Shown here: positions 58,034 through 64,000 of the stretch, piece after piece
How the letters are laid out: every line of letters starts with the position of its first letter
Position numbering within the stretch: the stretch's first letter is position 1
Source: Polyangiales bacterium
Lineage (GTDB): Bacteria > Myxococcota_A > Polyangia > Polyangiales > Ga0077539
DNA length: 64,000 nucleotides
Direction of reading: 5' to 3'
Assembly: GCA_044229975.1 (NCBI GenBank)
Contig: JBGARZ010000003.1
Span: forward strand, 320,001-384,000
Translations under genes and position numbers: made by a program
Notes under the pieces: model-generated
The model's database searches: none
Told to the model about the DNA's origin: nothing
The model's input: only the letters and a program-made list of their open reading frames with translations

Positions 58034-60703
58034 TCACGGAAAGCCCGCGATGGCCGTCGGCACGAGGATGGAGCGCATCGGGCCGCCCAACCGTCCGTCC
58101 TCGTTGGCGCCCCAGCGCACGACCTCGCCGCCCGCGCGCCGCGCGCCCGAACCTGCGAATCCCGCGACGACCCACGCCGCATCGGTCAGCCCCGCGACGG
58201 TCACCGGCCGCGGTGAGTTCACCGTCATGCCGTTGCCCAGGGCACCTCCGTTGCTGCCCCAGCAGACGACAGCGCCCGACGCGCGACGGGCGCACGAGTG
58301 ATAGGCCCCGGCGCTGACCTGCACCGCGTCGGAGAGGTCGACCACCGGCGCGGGTGTCGGCGAGCTGGCCCCGGCGCTGCCGCGTCCGAGCTGGCCCAGG
58401 TCGTTCGCGCCCCAGCAGACGACGGTGCCCGATGCGCGGCGGGCGCACGAGTGGAAGATGCCCGCCGAGACCTCCACCGCGTCGGTCAACCCCACGACGG
58501 CCACCGGAACCAATGAATTCATGGTGGAGCCGTTGCCGAGCTGACCGGCGTCGTTGGCGCCCCAGCAGACCACCGCGCCCGAGAGGAGACGGGCGCACGC
58601 GTGACGGAGGCCCGCCGCGATCTGCGTGACGGCGCCAAGGTCCGCAACCAGAACGGGTGTGGAGGTGTTGGCGAGGGAGTTGTTCCCGAGCTGCCCGTGC
58701 GTGTTGACGCCCCAGCAGGACACGGTGCCCGCCTCGCGCAGCGCGCAGGTGAAGTCCGTCCCGGCGGCGACCCCGACCGCGTCACCGAGGCCGAGCACGG
58801 TCACCGCAACCGTCGATCGCGCGCCCGTGGTGCCATCACCGAGTCCTCCGTAGGTGTTGCGGCCCCAGCACGCGACAGCCCCGCCGACGCGCACCGTGCA
58901 GGTGTGCTCGTAGCTCGCGCTCAACTGCGCGGCGTCGCTCAGGCCCTGCACGGGCACCGGCGTGAGCGAACCCATCTGCGTTCCGTCGCCGAGCTGTCCG
59001 GAGTAGTTGTTGCCCCAGCAGGAGACCGCCCCCGTCGCGTGGCGGGCGCAGCCGTGCGCGTAGGCCAGCGCGATGTCGGCGCCTGCGGGTCCGCCGCAGA
59101 CGTACGCGCGGCAGGCGACCCCGGCCGGGCACGCGTTGCCGCATCGACCACACGCTGTCGGACTCCGGAGGTCCGTCTCGCAGCCGTTGGCGGCGTCGCT
59201 GTCGCAGTCGCCGTAGCCCGCCTCGCAGGTCCCGACGGAGCACGCGCCTGCGGCGCAGACAGCGGTCGCGTGAGGGAGCGCACACGCCCGGCCGCACGCG
59301 CCGCAGTGGGCGGCGTTCGTCGTGAGCGCGACCTCGCAGCCGTTGGCGGCGCTGCCGTCGCAGTTGCCGTAGCCCGTGCTGCACATCGCGATCGCACATG
59401 CTCCCGCGACGCAGATGGAGTTCGCGTTGGCGACCTCCGGGCAGGCCGTGGCCACGACGTCCTGCCCGCTGGCGATGCAGACCGCCAGCCGCAGGCCGCG
59501 ACATCCGTTGACCGACCCGGGGACGCACACCCACGGTGTGCACACGCCCGTCGCGTCGACGCAGGAGCTCATCGCGGCGCAGGGCGTGGCGGCGTACCCG
59601 AGGCCATCGACGTTGCACTGGCGCTGGGCGTCGACGCCGACGCACGAGCGGGTCGATGGCGTGCAGACGTGGTCGAGGCACGCGCCCGCCGAGCAGGTCT
59701 GTCGCGCACTGCAGGGCGTGGTGGTGTGGCCGAAGCCGTCGCTGTTGCAGACGCGCGCGACGTTGCCGTCGCAGCTCAGCGCGCCGGGCACGCAGGTCCA
59801 GCCGGCGCACATGTTGGCGGTGGGGTCGCAGCCGCTCATCGACGGGCACGGCGTCGGGTCGGCGTAGGCGAGGCCGTCGGGGGCACAGCGATGGACGGCG
59901 GTTGTGCCCGAGCAGCGTAGGACGCCGGGCGGGCAGACCTGGGGGAGACAGGCGCCGTCGCGACAGCTCTGGGTGGGGGCGCACGGCGTGGCGGAGTAGG
60001 TGAGGCCGTCGGGGGCGCAGGTCTCGACGAGGGTGAAGCTCGACGCGGCGCAACGGAGGGAGCCTGGGGTGCAGACGCGGGGGAGGCAGGCGCCGTCGCG
60101 GCAGCTCTGGGTAGGCGCGCAAGGGGTGGCGGCGTAGGCGGTGCCGCGGGCGTCGCAGGTCTCGCGAGCGCCGAGGGCGGTGCAACGAGCAGTGGCGGGG
60201 ACGCACTCGCGGGGAACGCAGCGCATGTCGGCGCGACAGAACTGGGTGAGCGGGTCGCAGTCGGCGTCAGAGCGGCAGCCCGCGGGCGCGTCGGGCGGGG
60301 TGTCCGTCGTCGAGGCGGTGGCATCAGTCGCGGTGGCATCCGCTGTCGCGGTGGCGTCGACCACCACTGGCGTGTCTGCCGGCACGGTTGCGTCGATCGG
60401 CGCGTCGATCGGCACGGCAACATCGACAACGGCCATGGCGTCTATTGACGCCTCGACGACTACTGCAACATCGACGGCGCCCGTTGCATCCACGGACGCG
60501 TCGACCACTACGGCTGTATCGACGGCGACGATTGCGTCCGTCGTCATCGCGACGTCGGTGTCCGCGTTGTGCTCGGGCGCGTCGGCGATCGAAACGTCCG
60601 TGCCCGCATCAGTGGCCGACGATGGGCCGCAACCGACCACCGCGGAGATCAGCAGAAGGTGAGCGGGAGAGGTCCAGCGTGCCGACGGCATCGGTCGATT
60701 CAT
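58034..60703 (-). CDS. Lipoprotein: acidic stalk, Cys-rich repeats and 7 RCC1-like repeats
   Basis: Lipobox VVGC; about 45-aa CxPG...C..DG...TPC repeats; two [DN]CDxxxxNGCE units; seven (H/F)xC.....G.V.CWG.N..GQLG-type blades. Confidence 0.87.
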   Translation of the reverse strand: MNRPMPSARWTSPAHLLLISAVVGCGPSSATDAGTDVSIADAPEHNADTDVAMTTDAIVAVDTAVVVDASVDATGAVDVAVVVEASIDAMAVVDVAVPIDAPIDATVPADTPVVVDATATADATATDATASTTDTPPDAPAGCRSDADCDPLTQFCRADMRCVPRECVPATARCTALGARETCDARGTAYAATPCAPTQSCRDGACLPRVCTPGSLRCAASSFTLVETCAPDGLTYSATPCAPTQSCRDGACLPQVCPPGVLRCSGTTAVHRCAPDGLAYADPTPCPSMSGCDPTANMCAGWTCVPGALSCDGNVARVCNSDGFGHTTTPCSARQTCSAGACLDHVCTPSTRSCVGVDAQRQCNVDGLGYAATPCAAMSSCVDATGVCTPWVCVPGSVNGCRGLRLAVCIASGQDVVATACPEVANANSICVAGACAIAMCSTGYGNCDGSAANGCEVALTTNAAHCGACGRACALPHATAVCAAGACSVGTCEAGYGDCDSDAANGCETDLRSPTACGRCGNACPAGVACRAYVCGGPAGADIALAYAHGCARHATGAVSCWGNNYSGQLGDGTQMGSLTPVPVQGLSDAAQLSASYEHTCTVRVGGAVACWGRNTYGGLGDGTTGARSTVAVTVLGLGDAVGVAAGTDFTCALREAGTVSCWGVNTHGQLGNNSLANTSTPVLVADLGAVTQIAAGLRHACARLLSGAVVCWGANDAGQLGNGSTMNSLVPVAVVGLTDAVEVSAGIFHSCARRASGTVVCWGANDLGQLGRGSAGASSPTPAPVVDLSDAVQVSAGAYHSCARRASGAVVCWGSNGGALGNGMTVNSPRPVTVAGLTDAAWVVAGFAGSGARRAGGEVVRWGANEDGRLGGPMRSILVPTAIAGFP

Positions 60704-60800
60704 ATCGCTTCTCACCGTCCCTGTGGTGGCGCTCGCCCGTCACCCGTTCGCCCGCGTCGTACCCCGGCACACCGCTCACCTTCATTGTGCGCGCACGCCG

Positions 60801-61235
60801 CTACCAAGAAGCGCAGTACGGGCCACGACACGTCTCTGCGATACTGCTCCTTTCGCCGATGCCAGGACATGCGGCCCGCCACGACTCATACATGGCATCA
60901 AGTTCTTGCGTCCAACGGTGCCTCTCCTGTCGAGTCGAGTGCCGCCGAGGCGCCAGTCCCCACTCGACAAAGCGCCGCCGTCCATGGACAGATGTGACGT
61001 AATATTCTCGATCAGGAGTGCTGTCTGCGCAAATGAACCCTTGCCCTTCAGCCCGACAGGCCATCGGGCTGGGTATCCGTCGTTTCTCCAAGTCGTGCAC
61101 GACACATTGGTCGTCGAACGACGCAGATACCGGCACTCTGCGAACGAGGCCATCTACTGCGTAGCCGGAGCCGCAAGCCAACGCCATCGCGGCGATCACC
61201 GACGCAAAGCAGATGCCACGCAAGCGATTAGTCAT
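60801..61235 (-). CDS. Putative Rhs immunity lipoprotein
   Basis: ATG overlaps the Rhs stop (ATGA); lipobox ALAC; lower GC; 144 aa with several Cys. Confidence 0.72.
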   Translation of the reverse strand: MTNRLRGICFASVIAAMALACGSGYAVDGLVRRVPVSASFDDQCVVHDLEKRRIPSPMACRAEGQGFICADSTPDREYYVTSVHGRRRFVEWGLAPRRHSTRQERHRWTQELDAMYESWRAACPGIGERSSIAETCRGPYCASW

Positions 61236-62990
61236 CTTGGACACGAAATAGTAAAAGGACGGGGATTGACTATATCGCTGTACGGCCCTCTCTCCATGAA
61301 GTTCCACCGTGACAAGGGATCTCCACCTGGAAGGTCTTGGTCTCGGTTGCCAGGATTCACCCGATCCTGCACCGTCGAAATAAGCAGAGAGCTCCCCTGC
61401 CCGAGCAAACTCGCTGGTCCGAAAAACCAGCCCAGCAGTTGAGACTGCACGATGTGCTGATGCTCATGCTTGAGCAAGAGATAGGATGGATCCTCCCCCC
61501 GGATGAAGACCACGTTTCCGATCGTGTATGCCTGCTGGTTCCCGGAGGGAACGCCACTATTGTAGACATATATTGCGTAATCCGAGTATCCGCGACTCTC
61601 TTCCTCAGACCAGGGCTGAACGTCGACGTATGAATTCGGGCTATCACTATCGATCACGTGCCATACCAAATAAGCCCACAGGTTTGTGGGGCCCTCCCAG
61701 ATCGCATCCAAGTGACCTCCCCACATTTCACGCTCCTCACCAGCATGCAGACCCGTACGATCGACCGCGTTAACCGGGTCCCCCGCCACATATGCGTACA
61801 GATTCCGCCCATCGACCGCATCCCGCTCCCCCAGTGGATCCCTGGTGAGCCACTGCCGCAGCCGCGGCGAGTACACCCGTGCCGGCGCGAACACCAACCC
61901 CGTCGGCCGATGCACCACATGCCCGGTGAAGCCCATGTGCGTGTCGTACACCCCGAGCCCGCTGCCGGGCGCCGTCACCGTCTGCTCTCCCCACACCCCA
62001 TAGCGGTACGTCCGCACCCGATCGCCAGCGAGCGTCAGCCCCATCACGCTGCCGCGCACATCGCGCATCATCGCCAGGTGCTCGCCCCCCTGGTCGATCC
62101 CGTCCGCCCGGTAGACCCGCTCGATGGGCGTCTCCCCCGACTCCTCGATGCGCTCGCTCCGCAGCGTCCAGCCCCGCCACCGCAGCGTCACCGTCTGCGC
62201 GCCCTCCACCATCGACGTGAGCCGCCCGGTCGCGTCATAGCCGAAGGTCCAGCTCGCGCTGTCCGACACCCGCGTCACGCCCGTCAGCCGATCGCGCACG
62301 TCCCAAGCATAGGTGTACTCCCCGTCGCCCGTCACCCGACCGCGCGCGTCGTGCGTCAGCGTGTGCGTCGGTGACGCGCTCGGCCCCATCGCCCGCGTCA
62401 GCAGCCGGTCGCTCACCGAGAACGTCCGCCCCTCGATGACGTTCCACCCCCAGCCGCTTCCCCAGTCCTGATAGCGGTCGATGAGCGTCGTGTTGCCCCA
62501 CGCGTCGTAGTAGCTCCAGTTGCCGCTCTCCTGCACGTACGTTCCCGCGCCGTTGTTGACGTACTCCGAGTGAAACGACACCCGCCGCGCCGCGTTGTAG
62601 TAGGTGTACCGCCAGAGCACGTCGTCCCGCTCCGAGTTCACCCGTCCGTCGGCCGTGAACTCCAGCTCCGTCAGGCCCTGCCGCTGACTCGTCGTCGCGT
62701 TGAGCGTGCGCGCTCGCCACATCCGCAGGTCGTCTGACGTCGACTGGTAGAGGAAGTCCTGCACGCAGTTGGTGCGCGGCAGCGCCGCGAGCGACGGGCG
62801 GCGGGTCGTCGCCCCCGAACCGAAGGTGTAGCTGAGCACCGTCGCTGGGGGCGACGTCGCGTTGTTGACGAGGCCCGTCAGCCGGTCCGCCGAGTCGTAC
62901 TGGTAGGTCAGCGTCTCGCCGTCGTGCGTCACCGACGCGGCCCGACCGAGCACGTCGTGGGTAAACGACGCCGTGTCGGAGTCCGTCAGC
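61232..62990 (-). pseudogene. 5'-truncated (orphan) Rhs core with HExxH C-terminal toxin domain
   Basis: YD repeats, YRYGVWG, FTGH, ARVYSP...WLTRDP.G, NLYAYV.GDPVNAVDRTGL. The Rhs-like frame continues 5' to an in-frame TAG near 63005 with no convincing RBS or start. Confidence 0.8.
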
Positions 62991-63004
62991 GGTGGGCTCC
63001 TGCC

Positions 63005-63197
63005 CTACCGCCACCACCACACGGCTGTGCGCGATGTTGGGCAGCATCCAATGCTGCTCGCGCGCACCCGTCAATGGGAGAGCGTCATGTGCACCGTTGG
63101 GCGCAGCTCCGTTGACCCTTGAGGAGCAGGACCATGTGCTCAATGCCACAAAGGACAAAAGCACGACTGTGGCCAGCGACCCGAGCGACCGCACCAT
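63005..63197 (-). pseudogene. Truncated lipoprotein gene (probable second immunity remnant)
   Basis: GGAGG RBS and TGATG overlap; MVRSLGSLATVVLLSFVALSTWSC signal/lipobox; lower GC; runs out of frame into the Rhs fragment. Confidence 0.5.
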
Positions 63198-63328
63198 CAA
63201 CGACCTCCACCCCCTAAAGGGTCTGATGAGCGTCCCTTGTCCACCCATGACCCCGACGCCGTCAATAGCGTTCGGATGAGTTCGTCGTGACGAAGCACCT
63301 TTCGCAGAATGCCGGAATTCCACCCGTC

Positions 63329-63366
63329 GTCATTCCCATGACAGCGTCCACTGTCATTCCATTGAC
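63329..63366. promoter_or_regulatory. Tandem palindromic GTCA-N6-TGAC sites
   Basis: GTCATTCCCATGAC (63329-63342) and GTCATTCCATTGAC (63353-63366), 24 bp apart. Confidence 0.5.
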
Positions 63367-63459
63367 GATTACCGACAGGGTTCCGTCCGTCGTTTCTTCT
63401 TCCTTCCATCGCACGACTCCGGCATGGGTGTTCGCTCACCCTTCGAGGAGGTTTCACCG

Positions 63460-64000
63460 ATGCGTCTTCCGCCCACTGGTTCTTCGTATACCGTCGTGGC
63501 TCGCTACGGTCGCTATGTCACCCGCCGACTTCGCCGGGCGGGCCGCGCCGACCTCGCCGAGAGCGCCGAGCGCGCGACGATCGCCGTTCGCGACACGGGG
63601 CGCGCGTGGGAAGACGCCGACGACCCGATCCAGGCGGCGCTCGCCGACCGCGACGCGGCCGACGACGACCTCGACGACGCCACCAACGAGTTCCGCGCCG
63701 GCCTCGCCGGGCGCAGCAAGGACGCCGAGAAGGAGGCGCCGTACACCCTCATCTTCACCAAGGGCGTCGGGTACTTCACGGCCGCGCCCGTCGACGAAAA
63801 CGTCCAGCGCTACGACGAGCTCACGGCGCGCGTGGTCGACGCGCTCCCCGCCACCGACCCCGCGCGCAAGACCCTCGTGACGGCCCTCAACAAGGGCGTT
63901 CCGGCGCTGAAGGCCGCCGAAGAGGCGCTGGGCGCCGCGGAGACCGCGGAGGGCATCGCGGGCACGAAGGCCCGGTCGGCGATTCGGGCCTTCGAGCGGG
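63460..64000 (+). CDS. Hypothetical alpha-helical protein (runs off window end)
   Basis: GAGGAGG RBS; open GC3-biased frame MRLPPTGSSYTVVARYGRYVTRRLRRAG...AADDDLDD...PYTLIF.KG; absent from the ORF track. Confidence 0.8.
   Translation, partial: MRLPPTGSSYTVVARYGRYVTRRLRRAGRADLAESAERATIAVRDTGRAWEDADDPIQAALADRDAADDDLDDATNEFRAGLAGRSKDAEKEAPYTLIFTKGVGYFTAAPVDENVQRYDELTARVVDALPATDPARKTLVTALNKGVPALKAAEEALGAAETAEGIAGTKARSAIRAFER

Noticed and set aside
62235..63323. 362-aa ORF as a real gene, or a programmed frameshift into rhs
   Set aside because: Beyond about 63005 it is an off-frame read of the Rhs DNA; I saw no slippery site; better explained as a recombination junction.

Overview
High-GC bacterial chromosomal window. 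The gene content (Cys-rich repeat lipoproteins, RCC1 lipoprotein, Pro-rich kinase, multiple PilT paralogues) suggests Myxococcota, probably Polyangia; this is an inference. Recognisable housekeeping genes are rplV (partial, apparently detached from the S10 operon), tRNA-Leu(CAA), an S9 peptidase, nadB, bamD, a UbiB-family kinase, hemL, xerC, fah-maiA-hmgA, an aldo/keto reductase and hslO. They are mixed with many uncharacterised lipoproteins and three putative GT-C-type membrane glycosyltransferases. The most interesting accessory locus (46.2-55.9 kb) is a convergent, core-less contractile-spike effector module. One arm is a Ser/Thr pseudokinase, a tailed PAAR, DUF4123 and an FHA-DUF4123 fusion. 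The other arm is a C-terminally extended VgrG, a small co-chaperone-like gene, a novel beta-rich effector candidate and an immunity candidate. Also notable are a coupled HEAT-repeat-PilT / Pro-rich-PilT pair, a PhoR-like pseudo-histidine kinase coupled to an unknown membrane protein, a decayed orphan Rhs array with an HExxH toxin tip, and a pervasive leaderless-mRNA signature. All calls come from reading motifs by eye; no searches were run.
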